Origin: Minisyncoccia bacterium
GTDB taxonomy: Bacteria > Patescibacteriota > Patescibacteriia > Magasanikbacterales > UBA922
Reading direction: 5' to 3'
Length of the DNA stretch: 36,232 nucleotides
NCBI GenBank assembly: GCA_042218115.1
Contig: JBDGRJ010000035.1
Coordinates: 6,865 to 43,096 of the forward strand
Shown: positions 19,529 to 29,240 of the stretch, piece by piece
Layout of the letters: every line of letters begins with the position of its first letter
Numbering within the stretch: position 1 is the first letter of the stretch
Translations under genes and position numbers: made by a program
Notes under the pieces: generated by a model
The model's database searches: none
Told to the model about the DNA's origin: nothing
What the model saw: only the letters and a program-made list of their open reading frames with translations

Positions 19529-20725
19529 TTATTTATTGAATAACTGAATAATATTTTGTAGTTCATCTATAAGCTGATCTATATCTTTTTTATTATTATA
19601 AATCGATATGGATACCCGAACAGTAGCAGACACATCAAACTCACCCATCAAAGGCATAGCACAGTGATGACCTGCCCTCACACATATATTCTCTGAAGCT
19701 AACAGATCAGCTACATCATGTGCGTGAACGCCCTCTACTTGGAATGAAACTATACCGGAATCGAGACTTTTATTTTCCGGACTTAATAAAACCACCTCAT
19801 CAAGCATGTTTAGCTGATCGATTAAATAATTAGTTAGTTCTTGTTTGTAAGATGCAATTTTTTTAATTCCTAGATCAGTAATAAAATCTAAAGCTTCGCC
19901 GAGCCCAATAGCAGCTGTAACATTTGGTGTTCCTGCTTCATACTTATGAGGTATATCAGTCCAACTAGAAGATTGTTTTGTTACTTTCCTGATCATCTCA
20001 CCACCATATTTAGAAGGGTCTAAATCTTGTAACAAGGCCTTGCGACCATATAAGACACCGATCCCGGTTGGACCAAAAAGCTTATGCCCAGAAAAGGCCA
20101 AAAAATCAATATTTAGATCTTTCACATTTATTTTTTTGCTAGTCATTGCTTGTGCTGAATCGATTATGGTATAAGCACTAACTTTATTTGCCACATCAAC
20201 AATATTTTTAACCGGTAGCTCAAAACCCAAAGCATTTGATATATAACTGAAGCTGACCACTTTGGTATCCTCGTCAATTTTACCTTCTACCTGCAAACCA
20301 AACTCACATTCATCGTCCAGCTCAATAACCCTCAGCTCACAACCCACTCTATCAGATAGCTGCTGCCACGGGACAAAGTTTGCATGGTGTTCAACTATTG
20401 TAATTACAATATTATCATCAGCGGACAGCTCTGGCTCGAGCATACGGGCTAGGTTATTCATACCCTCGGTTGTGCCACTATTAAAGATAATTTCTTTAGG
20501 TTCAGAAGATATAAATTCAGCTACTTTTTCTCGCGCCTCCTCAAAGGCTTTTGTTGCCTGTTGTGCCAGAGGGTAAAATCCTCTATGGACATTAGATTTA
20601 TTATTGTAATACTGATTCAATACTTCGATTACCCTCTTGGGCATCTGGGTGGTAGCAGCATTATCTAAATATATTAGATCCTGATTTTGTTTAAAAACAG
20701 GAAATTTCTGTTTAATGTCTTGCAT
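19529..20725 (-). CDS. sufS: Group II cysteine desulfurase SufS
   Basis: YLDNAATT, EHHAN, FSGHK, EAGTP, RAGHHCA. Confidence 0.96.
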   Translation of the reverse strand: MQDIKQKFPVFKQNQDLIYLDNAATTQMPKRVIEVLNQYYNNKSNVHRGFYPLAQQATKAFEEAREKVAEFISSEPKEIIFNSGTTEGMNNLARMLEPELSADDNIVITIVEHHANFVPWQQLSDRVGCELRVIELDDECEFGLQVEGKIDEDTKVVSFSYISNALGFELPVKNIVDVANKVSAYTIIDSAQAMTSKKINVKDLNIDFLAFSGHKLFGPTGIGVLYGRKALLQDLDPSKYGGEMIRKVTKQSSSWTDIPHKYEAGTPNVTAAIGLGEALDFITDLGIKKIASYKQELTNYLIDQLNMLDEVVLLSPENKSLDSGIVSFQVEGVHAHDVADLLASENICVRAGHHCAMPLMGEFDVSATVRVSISIYNNKKDIDQLIDELQNIIQLFNK

Positions 20726-20727
20726 AC

Positions 20728-21549
20728 TTAAATTCTTGATTGAATTTGATTCTTAATTTCACTTTTTATATCACTATCGTTGATATTTGTTAAAATTTCA
20801 CCAAAATGAGCTTGAACAAGTTTCTTATACGAATCTTCTTTGTTCAGCCCTCTAGAGAGTAAATAAAAGATATCTTCATCATCTAATCTTGAAATTGTAA
20901 CACCATGAGAACACTCTACCTGATCATTTGCTATCTCAAGATTTGGTTGTGCGTCCATCATCGCCATATCCGAATACATTAGACCGTCTATCTGCTGCTC
21001 TCCGCTACAATTAAAGCAATTACCCTCCACTTTGGTTAGGACATTACTCGAGATACGGGACCGATCCATCAAGACTGATTTTACTTTTATATCTGATGAA
21101 GATTTATCTGATTTATGTATAGCTTGAATCTTTTCTTTTATCTGTTGTTGTTTTTTAGATAAATTTAAGCTATACATTCGGACCTGAGAATGCTCTCCCA
21201 ACAAATAAGCCTTATGCTCAAATTTACCTTTTTTTAGCGTTATATTGTTTGTATAATAATTTAGTTCAGAGCCTTGATGTAGGAATATTTTAACTTGAAG
21301 TTGGTCTTCACCGGCTGTCTGTTTAAAAATATTTGCTTTACTGTCTTGTTTTAAAACTATACCTAGCTGCTCAAACTTTGGTGAAATTTTAATAGTTTCT
21401 TCTACTGTTCTATTTTTTTCTATTGATATAATCTTGTTCAGTTTATCAGATTGATCGCATATATCATTACCGGTATCCATACTGTTAGGGTTTACTGGTT
21501 TTACCCCTTCAATATCTGTAATTTTGCTTTTCGATAAACTATCACTCAT
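20728..21549 (-). CDS. sufD: SufD family Fe-S assembly protein (short)
   Basis: PNLEI, CSHG and FYLLSRG motifs; lies between sufB and sufS. Confidence 0.88.
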   Translation of the reverse strand: MSDSLSKSKITDIEGVKPVNPNSMDTGNDICDQSDKLNKIISIEKNRTVEETIKISPKFEQLGIVLKQDSKANIFKQTAGEDQLQVKIFLHQGSELNYYTNNITLKKGKFEHKAYLLGEHSQVRMYSLNLSKKQQQIKEKIQAIHKSDKSSSDIKVKSVLMDRSRISSNVLTKVEGNCFNCSGEQQIDGLMYSDMAMMDAQPNLEIANDQVECSHGVTISRLDDEDIFYLLSRGLNKEDSYKKLVQAHFGEILTNINDSDIKSEIKNQIQSRI

Positions 21550-21554
21550 TAAAT

Positions 21555-22901
21555 TTATCCTACTGAATCCTCGATCTCCATCTCGATAAGTTTATTTAAC
21601 TCAACTGCATACTCCATAGGCAGCTCTTTGACTATCGGCTCTATAAATCCGGAGACCAACATTTTTAGTGCACGCTCTTCAGATAAACCACGAGACTGGA
21701 GATAGAATAACTCTTCGTCTCCGATGTTCCCAACACTAGCCTCATGAGCCACATCCACCTCATCGTTGTAAGCATTAATTGTGGGATAAGTATCGGCTCT
21801 GGACTCTTCATCCATCAGCAGTGCATCACAGTCGACTCTAACTTTACTGTTCTTTGCCGCAGGAGTCAGTTTGACCAAACCACGATAACTACAGACGCCG
21901 CCATCTTGGGAAATTGATTTGGATGTTATTACAGAAGTCGTATCTTCTGATAGGTGAATCGTTTTTAGACCTGTATCTTGGTGCTGCCCTTCAGTAGCCA
22001 ATGTCACCCCCAAACTATCAGTGCGAGCATTCTTACCTTTCAGTACAGAACATGGGTATAACATAGTTACGGAGGAACCTAAATTTCCATTTATCCACTC
22101 CATAGTTGCATCCTCCTCGACTATGGCTCTTTTGGTGTTTAAGTTGTATGTATTTTTGGACCAGTTTTCAATTGAATAATATCTAACTCTGGCATTTGGT
22201 TTTACAAATATCTCCACACAACCTGCATGAAGTGAGTTTTTACTATATTGTGGAGCAGAACATGCTTCTATATATTGCACCTCTGCACCCTCATCAGCAA
22301 CGATAAGAGTATGCTCAAACTGCCCACTGGACTCCTCGTTCATACGAAAGTATGCTTGAAGGGGGAGGGTGACAGTAGTATCTTCTGGTACATAAATAAA
22401 AGTGCCGCCAGACCATACTGCTGCATGGAGCATAGCAAATTTATGATCACCTATCGGAACACACTGGTTCATAAAATACTCACGAATCAAGTCTGGATGC
22501 TCTTCAACCGCAGTATCCATATTTTCGAATATGACACCTTTCCGTTCCATCCTTTGCTCGAGGTTATGATAGACCATACCGGCATCATATTGAGCCCCAC
22601 TGCCCGATAACATCTCTTTTTCGGCTTCAGGTATCCCCAGCCTATCGAAAGTCTCTTTAATATTATCCGGCACCTCATCCCAATCATCCGACTCATCAGC
22701 ACCTGGATGAGTAAAATAACTAATCTCATCCAAGTTCAATTCACTTAAATCAGGACCCCAATCAGGTACTGGCTCATCCTGGTACAGCTCAAATGCTTCC
22801 AATCTCTTCTCTAACATCCAGTCTGGCTCATTTTTTAGTTGTGATATTTTTCTTACGGTCTCCTCTCTTAGACCTGGTTCAGTTTTAAGTTTTTGTGACA
22901 T
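21555..22901 (-). CDS. sufB: Fe-S cluster assembly protein SufB
   Basis: EPDWM, AVWSGG, GQFEHTLI, HEASV, FYLQSRG, ELPMEYAVE. Confidence 0.97.
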   Translation of the reverse strand: MSQKLKTEPGLREETVRKISQLKNEPDWMLEKRLEAFELYQDEPVPDWGPDLSELNLDEISYFTHPGADESDDWDEVPDNIKETFDRLGIPEAEKEMLSGSGAQYDAGMVYHNLEQRMERKGVIFENMDTAVEEHPDLIREYFMNQCVPIGDHKFAMLHAAVWSGGTFIYVPEDTTVTLPLQAYFRMNEESSGQFEHTLIVADEGAEVQYIEACSAPQYSKNSLHAGCVEIFVKPNARVRYYSIENWSKNTYNLNTKRAIVEEDATMEWINGNLGSSVTMLYPCSVLKGKNARTDSLGVTLATEGQHQDTGLKTIHLSEDTTSVITSKSISQDGGVCSYRGLVKLTPAAKNSKVRVDCDALLMDEESRADTYPTINAYNDEVDVAHEASVGNIGDEELFYLQSRGLSEERALKMLVSGFIEPIVKELPMEYAVELNKLIEMEIEDSVG

Positions 22902-22968
22902 TATTTAGTTTATTAGACAGGTTGTAAAATTGATCTATTTCTATTAAAATTACAGCAAACCTAACCAA

Positions 22969-23646
22969 ATGCAAACATACAATACTAAACTTAAAGAAAA
23001 AAATCAATTAACTGATAATATTATCTCTGCTAAGTTTAGCAGACCGAAAGCTTTAAGTTTTTCACCTGGCCAATACGTCCAATTTTTTATTCCCGAACAT
23101 AACACCACTCGTAGCTATTCTATCTGCTCGACACCTTCTGATGATATTTTGGAGTTTTGTGTAAAGTTATATAAATCCGGAGTTGGTTCAAATTTTTTCA
23201 AGAATTTAAATACTGGAGATGAGGCTAAAATAAGAGGCCCCTTAGGCAGGTTTACAGTATCTAAAACTAATGGGAGGCACATATTTATCGCAGCCGGTGT
23301 GGGTATCGCACCGATCATAAGCATGATTAGAGCTCAGCTAGACAAAGATAATCAAAACAAGTATTTGAAGCTGCTTTTTGGGTTAAGCCAAAGAGACGAC
23401 ATCTTCTATAGACAACAGCTCAAAGATTTATCTAATAAATCATCTAACTTTAATTTTGAGATCACCCTATCACGACAAGAAAATAATTGGCAAGGCAAAA
23501 CCGGAAGAGTTACTGATCATTTGGACCAATTTGACCTAAACTCAGAATTTTACATTTGCGGCAGCAGAGAGATGGTAAAAGACACAGAAAATAAATTAAT
23601 TAATTTAGGCGCCAGTGCAAAAAAAATAAATTTCGAGATTTTTTAG
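22969..23646 (+). CDS. FAD-binding oxidoreductase, ferredoxin-NAD(P)+ reductase family
   Basis: PGQY, RSYS, GVGS, AAGVGIAP, YICG, C-terminal FEIF. Confidence 0.9.
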   Translation: MQTYNTKLKEKNQLTDNIISAKFSRPKALSFSPGQYVQFFIPEHNTTRSYSICSTPSDDILEFCVKLYKSGVGSNFFKNLNTGDEAKIRGPLGRFTVSKTNGRHIFIAAGVGIAPIISMIRAQLDKDNQNKYLKLLFGLSQRDDIFYRQQLKDLSNKSSNFNFEITLSRQENNWQGKTGRVTDHLDQFDLNSEFYICGSREMVKDTENKLINLGASAKKINFEIF

Positions 23647-23711
23647 TACTGATATTTTAAAAATCCTTATCATCCTTTATCATACAGATAGATAATTAAT
23701 AAACTAATTAT

Positions 23712-24536
23712 ATGAGACATTTAACTCTAAATAAAAATTGTAGCATACCGATACTCGGTTTTGGTACCTGGCAGTTAACCGAAAAAGAAGGTAGAAAAGC
23801 AGTAGAAACTGCACTAGATGTGGGATATAGACATTTAGATACCGCTGATATTTACGGAAATCACAAACAAGTAGGTAGAGCGATTGATACCAGCAACATC
23901 AGCAGAGAAGATATATTCTTGACCTCCAAGGTCTGGCACTCTGATTTAGAAGCCCGACAAATAAAAGACAATTGTAAGCGATTCTTAGAAGAGCTACAGA
24001 CTGATTATCTGGACTTACTTTTAATTCATTGGCCAAATAATAATATCGATATCAGAGAATCGCTGCGGGCACTGAATGAACTAAAGCAAGATGAGCTAAT
24101 AAAATCAATCGGTGTATCGAACTTTACTATCAACCATCTAAAAGAGGCCAAAGAGACAGATCTTAACTTCTCAAACAACCAAGTAGAATTCCACCCGAGC
24201 CTTTATCAGGATGAATTAAAAGAATTTTGTGATAATAATGATATTATAATGACAGCTTATAGCCCTCTTGCTCAAGGACAAGATTTACAACTGCCGATAA
24301 TAAAAGAAGTGGCAAAAAAATATAACAAACCGGAATGTCAAGTAGTATTAAACTGGATTATGCAAAAAGATATAGTTGCTATTCCTCGCTCATCTAACCC
24401 AAAACATATCCGAGAAAACTTTCAGGCACATCAATGGAAACTAAAAGAAGAAGATATAAAGAAAATAGACTCAAAAGCTACCAGCAACAATAGATTAATA
24501 AATCCCTCTATCGCCGAGTTTGATTATAAAACATAA
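23712..24536 (+). CDS. Aldo/keto reductase
   Basis: GFGTW, DTADIY, TSK, LIHWP, IGVSNF, AYSPL. Confidence 0.95.
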   Translation: MRHLTLNKNCSIPILGFGTWQLTEKEGRKAVETALDVGYRHLDTADIYGNHKQVGRAIDTSNISREDIFLTSKVWHSDLEARQIKDNCKRFLEELQTDYLDLLLIHWPNNNIDIRESLRALNELKQDELIKSIGVSNFTINHLKEAKETDLNFSNNQVEFHPSLYQDELKEFCDNNDIIMTAYSPLAQGQDLQLPIIKEVAKKYNKPECQVVLNWIMQKDIVAIPRSSNPKHIRENFQAHQWKLKEEDIKKIDSKATSNNRLINPSIAEFDYKT

Positions 24537-24538
24537 CC

Positions 24539-25108
24539 TTACTTCTCAATTTTACAGGTCTGAGGTTGTTGTATTCTTCTGGCAATATAAAGGTTAGAAA
24601 ATACAATCAATAATATAGCGGAGATTGTAAACTCAGATCCCCCAAAGGGTAAATAACCTAAAAAGTTACTGGCTGCAGTGACGCCAAACAGCGAAGAAAG
24701 GACTACAGAGCCACAGGCAGAACAACCAATGCCAAGTGCACCCATCACTACACTCAAAGAGCTCATCCCTGCTTCTCTCTGCAGCTCAAACCTGTCTTTT
24801 AGATAATAAACTAAAAGAGAAATATTAACCCCGACCAATAAAGCCAAAAGGGTGTTTAGAATCTGTGAACTCAAAGTAAAACTGGTGCTAAATACCCCAT
24901 AAGAGCTAATAAATATATTTAACTTTTCACTAAGAGAAAAACTGCCATCAAGCAGCACAAAAGATAATGAAGGATAACTAAAAGATAAAATTAAAAGAGA
25001 CCACAATATTCCAGCTGAAAGCAGCCCGACCACCCAATAGAGAGGCTTTGTAAATACCTCTCTCAGGGTGGTCTTTAATTGAGTTATGCTTTTAGCTGCT
25101 AGCCTCAT
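24539..25108 (-). CDS. Four-TM membrane protein with CxxC (GCSACG) and C-terminal Cys
   Basis: Hydrophobic helices; starts 18 bp downstream of dsbA. Confidence 0.8.
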   Translation of the reverse strand: MRLAAKSITQLKTTLREVFTKPLYWVVGLLSAGILWSLLILSFSYPSLSFVLLDGSFSLSEKLNIFISSYGVFSTSFTLSSQILNTLLALLVGVNISLLVYYLKDRFELQREAGMSSLSVVMGALGIGCSACGSVVLSSLFGVTAASNFLGYLPFGGSEFTISAILLIVFSNLYIARRIQQPQTCKIEK

Positions 25109-25126
25109 CGTGTAGTTAGTTAGAGT

Positions 25127-25927
25127 TTATAGCATTGATTCAATGATCTGCTTAACCTTTTGGTAAGGCTGTGCTCCGGAGATAGGCACCTTCTTTCCAT
25201 TAGGTCCGATGGCTACTGAGTAAGGTGTTCCTCGCAAACCAGCTTTTTTTGCATCTCTAAGCTCCTTGTTTACTTCGGACTTGTATTTTCCTGAATCCAG
25301 GCATGATTCAAACTTTGATCGGTTTACGCCTACTTGTTCAGCGTAATCAGGTAATTTATCTAGGTTCAGGCCGTCATTCGAAGGTGTGACCTCAAAAATC
25401 TTATCGGTAAAAGCCCAGAACTTATCATTACCCCCTATTCTTCCTGCACACTCAGCAGCCAGAGCTTCTTTGGGTGCCTTGCTATGGAGTTGTTCTAGTG
25501 GTGCGTGCCTGAAAACCCACTGAACTTGATCGCCATAGTTATCCATCACCTTTTTCATAGTTTGATGAAATCGCTTACAGAACGGACACTCAAAATCTGA
25601 GTACTCAACTATAGTAACTTTTGGGTCCTGTGCCCCTCTTCTCCAGTCGTCTTCTGTCACTTCAGCCATACTAATGTCTTTTTGTTGCTGCTGACCTGGC
25701 TGCTGTTGACCTTGATTATTATTTTGTTGAGCTGCCGGTTGATTATTATCTGCAGCTAGCTGGCCAGAGCCAGACTTTTCTGCTGAGCTTAGATCTCCTC
25801 CGCTGAAATAGACTCCGAGCATAACAAAAAAGCCGATGGTGCAAAGCACCAGAATACCCCCAACAATACCGAAGGTAAAGCTTGCTTTTGGGGAAAGTGC
25901 CTCAAAAAAACTCTTTTGATCACTCAT
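25127..25927 (-). CDS. Membrane-anchored DsbA/BdbD-like thioredoxin-fold protein
   Basis: N-terminal TM, Q/N-rich linker, YSDFECPFC, GTP cis-Pro loop, GAQPY. Confidence 0.92.
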   Translation of the reverse strand: MSDQKSFFEALSPKASFTFGIVGGILVLCTIGFFVMLGVYFSGGDLSSAEKSGSGQLAADNNQPAAQQNNNQGQQQPGQQQQKDISMAEVTEDDWRRGAQDPKVTIVEYSDFECPFCKRFHQTMKKVMDNYGDQVQWVFRHAPLEQLHSKAPKEALAAECAGRIGGNDKFWAFTDKIFEVTPSNDGLNLDKLPDYAEQVGVNRSKFESCLDSGKYKSEVNKELRDAKKAGLRGTPYSVAIGPNGKKVPISGAQPYQKVKQIIESML

Positions 25928-26015
25928 AATAATTAATGTTAGTGATTAATAATCTTGTAACTAGATTATATCAAAAATAGTACAGTCGGAAAACTATCCA
26001 CAGGTAGTTTATTCA

Positions 26016-26498
26016 TTATGTTTCCTTTGTGGTGATACAAAATTCATAATCTTTTTTCTCGTCACCATTTATCCTCTTGTTTAAAATATGACTAAGATGG
26101 TTTATATCCTCATTGGACAAAAGATTGGGATCCTCTAATTCTATATTAATCTGTCCATTTTCTTCTTCAATCTCTATCTCTTCCACCTCTAAATCTCGGT
26201 TGATATCTTCTTTTATGGTTCGTTTAATCTCAAATAACTTTTTAACATTGACTTCTTCTACCACTTCATTGGAGATTTTATATGTTACTTTAAACTTATC
26301 AATACCTCTTTGCTGAAGCTCTTTTAGTTGATCTAATCCAAGAATATCACTCTCTTCAATTCCACTATATTCTATATCTTTTTCATCAGAATATCTAATC
26401 TCAGCAACACCATCTTGTATATTAACTGAGTCCGGAACGCTACCTAATAGATACTGTATATATCTTGAATCACTTTGAGGAGACTCTCTTTCGATCAT
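26016..26498 (-). CDS. Hypothetical acidic protein
   Basis: 160-aa ORF packed 9 bp after rarA; no recognised motif. Confidence 0.65.
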   Translation of the reverse strand: MIERESPQSDSRYIQYLLGSVPDSVNIQDGVAEIRYSDEKDIEYSGIEESDILGLDQLKELQQRGIDKFKVTYKISNEVVEEVNVKKLFEIKRTIKEDINRDLEVEEIEIEEENGQINIELEDPNLLSNEDINHLSHILNKRINGDEKKDYEFCITTKET

Positions 26499-26507
26499 AT
26501 TATTTTT

Positions 26508-27650
26508 TTAATTATTAAAATAATTTGTACCTTCAAGTTTGTCGGGAAAGAAATCTTCATCAGAATACTTTTCATATCCCTCACCATACCCCATTTCCTT
26601 ATTTAGCTCGGTTTTTCTGTTTCTTAGCATATATGGAATCTCTAAATTCTGATGCTTTTTTACGTCTTGTTGCGCTTGTCTATATGCATCATATGCACTT
26701 CTGTCCTTATTGGATCTTGCTAGATAGGCCGCACCGTGTGCTAAATTTATCTCTACCTCGGGCAATCCTACTACTTCTACTGCCTTAAAAACCTCATTTG
26801 CAACCACTAGAGCCGTTGGCTGGGCGTTTCCTATATCCTCGCTGGCAAAAATAATCATTCTTCGGGCGATATATTTCGGATCTTCTCCACCTTCTATCAT
26901 TCTTGCTAAATAATATAATGATGCAGAAGGCTTGCCTGCTCGCATAGATTTTATAAAGGCGCTGATAGCGTGGTGATGTTCCTCTCCTTTTTTGTCATAG
27001 CGAATCTGTTTCGACTGAGCTGTCTCTCTTATTTTTTCGGTTGTTATTTCATTATACAGATTATAAGTATTATCCACCAGTGACACCGCTTGGCGGGCAT
27101 CACCATCTGCAAGTTCTGTTATCATTTTTCTACAGTCCTTATTGAGACCAATTTCACTGCTCTCTTCTATTCTATCTAAAATACTTTTAATTTCTTCATC
27201 TTCGTGCTTCTCTAATTTAAAGACCTCACACCGAGATAGAAGTGATGAGTTGACCTCAAAGCTAGGATTTTCAGTAGTAGCCCCTATTAGAGTAAGCTCA
27301 CCTTTTTCTACATATGGTAAAAGAAAGTCCTGCTGTGCTTTGTTAAATCTATGGATTTCATCTAAAAACAGTATTTTGCTCTCAGCTTGAGTGGGTTGAT
27401 CTATTATCTCTCGGATATCACTTTTTCTAGCACTGACTGCAGACAGATCAAAGATAGGCTGGTTCAGCTGATCGGCATATATCTTAGCCAGTGTAGTCTT
27501 GCCCGATCCGGGAGGTCCCCAAAGAATATGAGAAAATATATGCTCATTTTCAATAGCATTTCTGAGTGGCTTATCTTTACCAGTGAGATGATCTTGACCC
27601 ACAAACTCTTCTAAAGTCTCGGGTCTTATTTTATCAGCTAGCGGTGTCAT
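26508..27650 (-). CDS. rarA: Replication-associated recombination protein A (AAA+)
   Basis: [49 protein letters not shown]. Confidence 0.95.
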   Translation of the reverse strand: MTPLADKIRPETLEEFVGQDHLTGKDKPLRNAIENEHIFSHILWGPPGSGKTTLAKIYADQLNQPIFDLSAVSARKSDIREIIDQPTQAESKILFLDEIHRFNKAQQDFLLPYVEKGELTLIGATTENPSFEVNSSLLSRCEVFKLEKHEDEEIKSILDRIEESSEIGLNKDCRKMITELADGDARQAVSLVDNTYNLYNEITTEKIRETAQSKQIRYDKKGEEHHHAISAFIKSMRAGKPSASLYYLARMIEGGEDPKYIARRMIIFASEDIGNAQPTALVVANEVFKAVEVVGLPEVEINLAHGAAYLARSNKDRSAYDAYRQAQQDVKKHQNLEIPYMLRNRKTELNKEMGYGEGYEKYSDEDFFPDKLEGTNYFNN

Positions 27651-27659
27651 AATAGCTTG

Positions 27660-28358
27660 TTACCACCAACTACCCGAATCGATATCAGAGCTGATTATAC
27701 TCTCATACTTTGCTTTAGATAGGTGTTCAGGGCTGTAACTGCCTCCTTCTTTGCTTAACAAACTATCTATTGCTCTGATATGATTTTTAGAGCTTCGGAT
27801 TAAATTATTATAGACAAAAAGGATATCATCCTTATCGGTACTATCTTTGTTAATATTTATATCATTAATATTTTTCTCTAATACCCACAATAGAGACTGG
27901 TAAGCTTTGTTCTTATTTTCTTTGCCCGAGCTTAGCTTCTCATCATATATTTTCTGCAGCTGGGGGTTTTTAAACTCTCCTACTCCATTTTTTGAAGTAG
28001 GATCATCCAACTTATAATTTCTGATAAACCTCTGCACTGCTTTTAGGTGAGTATTTTCCGCTTTATAGACTTCAGTGAATATCTTCTCATCATATTTTTG
28101 ACTAAACTTGTAGCTTAAATCACGAGCAACCTTCTCTTCTTCAATCAAATATATCAAATCCATCTCCACTTCTTCGCCAAGAGGTTTTTGCATCTCTTTT
28201 TTTCTCTCCAGGACCTGTTCTAACTTTTGCTGATCAAAAGACGTGGCTCCATTTTTGGTCAGACTCAAAACCTTTTCAGCTTCCGTTTCCAGGCTACAGC
28301 CCGACAAAGTAACCACTAGAGTAAATACAAGTAAAACTTTAAAAATTTTGTTGTTCAT
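27660..28358 (-). CDS. DUF2202 ferritin-like domain putative lipoprotein
   Basis: LSGC lipobox, EEEKVARD, ExxH, SKNHIRA. Confidence 0.8.
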   Translation of the reverse strand: MNNKIFKVLLVFTLVVTLSGCSLETEAEKVLSLTKNGATSFDQQKLEQVLERKKEMQKPLGEEVEMDLIYLIEEEKVARDLSYKFSQKYDEKIFTEVYKAENTHLKAVQRFIRNYKLDDPTSKNGVGEFKNPQLQKIYDEKLSSGKENKNKAYQSLLWVLEKNINDININKDSTDKDDILFVYNNLIRSSKNHIRAIDSLLSKEGGSYSPEHLSKAKYESIISSDIDSGSWW

Positions 28359-28417
28359 TGGATTTTGTTATCTGTGAGTATTAAAATATCATGTTAAGTG
28401 GTTATAATCAACTTCAG

Positions 28418-28813
28418 ATGAAAAAAGGTACATATATATTAATCATACAACTTAATCAGGATTGCAACATCGAGGTGGGAAGCTTGGAAGAATTACACCT
28501 CCATGAAGGTTACTACTGCTATATAGGAAGTGCCTTTAGTCCGGGTGGACTCAAACGAGTCCAAAGACACAAACAGGTATCCTCAGGTGAAAATGAAAAT
28601 ATCCAGTGGCATATAGACTATCTAAACTCTCACAATAAGGCGGAAATTATTAAGGTAGAAAAATTTATAGAGCAAAAGATAGAATGTGAGTTAGCTAACA
28701 AGCTAGAAGGAGAAGATATAGATGGGTTCGGCAGTAGTGATTGCAGCTGCAGATCACATTTGCAATATTTTGAAAATAAATCAGAAATCAGTGATAATAT
28801 TAAACGTTACTAA
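28418..28813 (+). CDS. DUF123 / GIY-YIG nuclease family protein (probable start ATG 28418)
   Basis: KGTY, GYYCYIGSA, WHIDYL, GFGSSDCSCRSHL. Confidence 0.88.
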   Translation: MKKGTYILIIQLNQDCNIEVGSLEELHLHEGYYCYIGSAFSPGGLKRVQRHKQVSSGENENIQWHIDYLNSHNKAEIIKVEKFIEQKIECELANKLEGEDIDGFGSSDCSCRSHLQYFENKSEISDNIKRY

Positions 28814-28823
28814 ACAATATAAA

Positions 28824-29240
28824 ATGATTGATAAACAATTTTGCGCCACTAAAGCTTTTATAAACTATGAAGGTAAGATTTTAATTCTCAGGGAGTCTGA
28901 AGAATATAAAGGTAAAGATGCTGGTGATTGGGACATACCTGGAGGAAGAATTAAACCGGGTGAAAGCCCTATAGAATCACTCAGAAGAGAGATTAGAGAG
29001 GAGACAAACTTAAGTGTGCAAGTAGGAGAACCATTTTATATCGCCAGCTGGGAACCAAGGGTTAATGGTGAACAGTGGCAAATCATCGGGACAACCCTAA
29101 AATGTAACACAAATACTAATAAGGTTTCATTAAGTAAAGATCACGACAAATACAAATGGATAGAACCAGAAAATTATCGGGATTTCAGTTTAAATGAAAC
29201 ACTACCAGAAACTTTCAGGTATTACATTAACAGTATGTAA
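28824..29240 (+). CDS. NUDIX hydrolase (probable start ATG 28824)
   Basis: PGGRIKPGESPIESLRREIREETNL Nudix box. Confidence 0.92.
   Translation: MIDKQFCATKAFINYEGKILILRESEEYKGKDAGDWDIPGGRIKPGESPIESLRREIREETNLSVQVGEPFYIASWEPRVNGEQWQIIGTTLKCNTNTNKVSLSKDHDKYKWIEPENYRDFSLNETLPETFRYYINSM

Noticed and set aside
25680-25750. Q/N-rich low-complexity repeat
   Set aside because: Ordinary flexible linker between the TM anchor and the thioredoxin domain of DsbA.
25994-26002. DnaA-box-like CTATCCACA
   Set aside because: Single imperfect copy with no cluster or dnaA nearby; not evidence for an origin.
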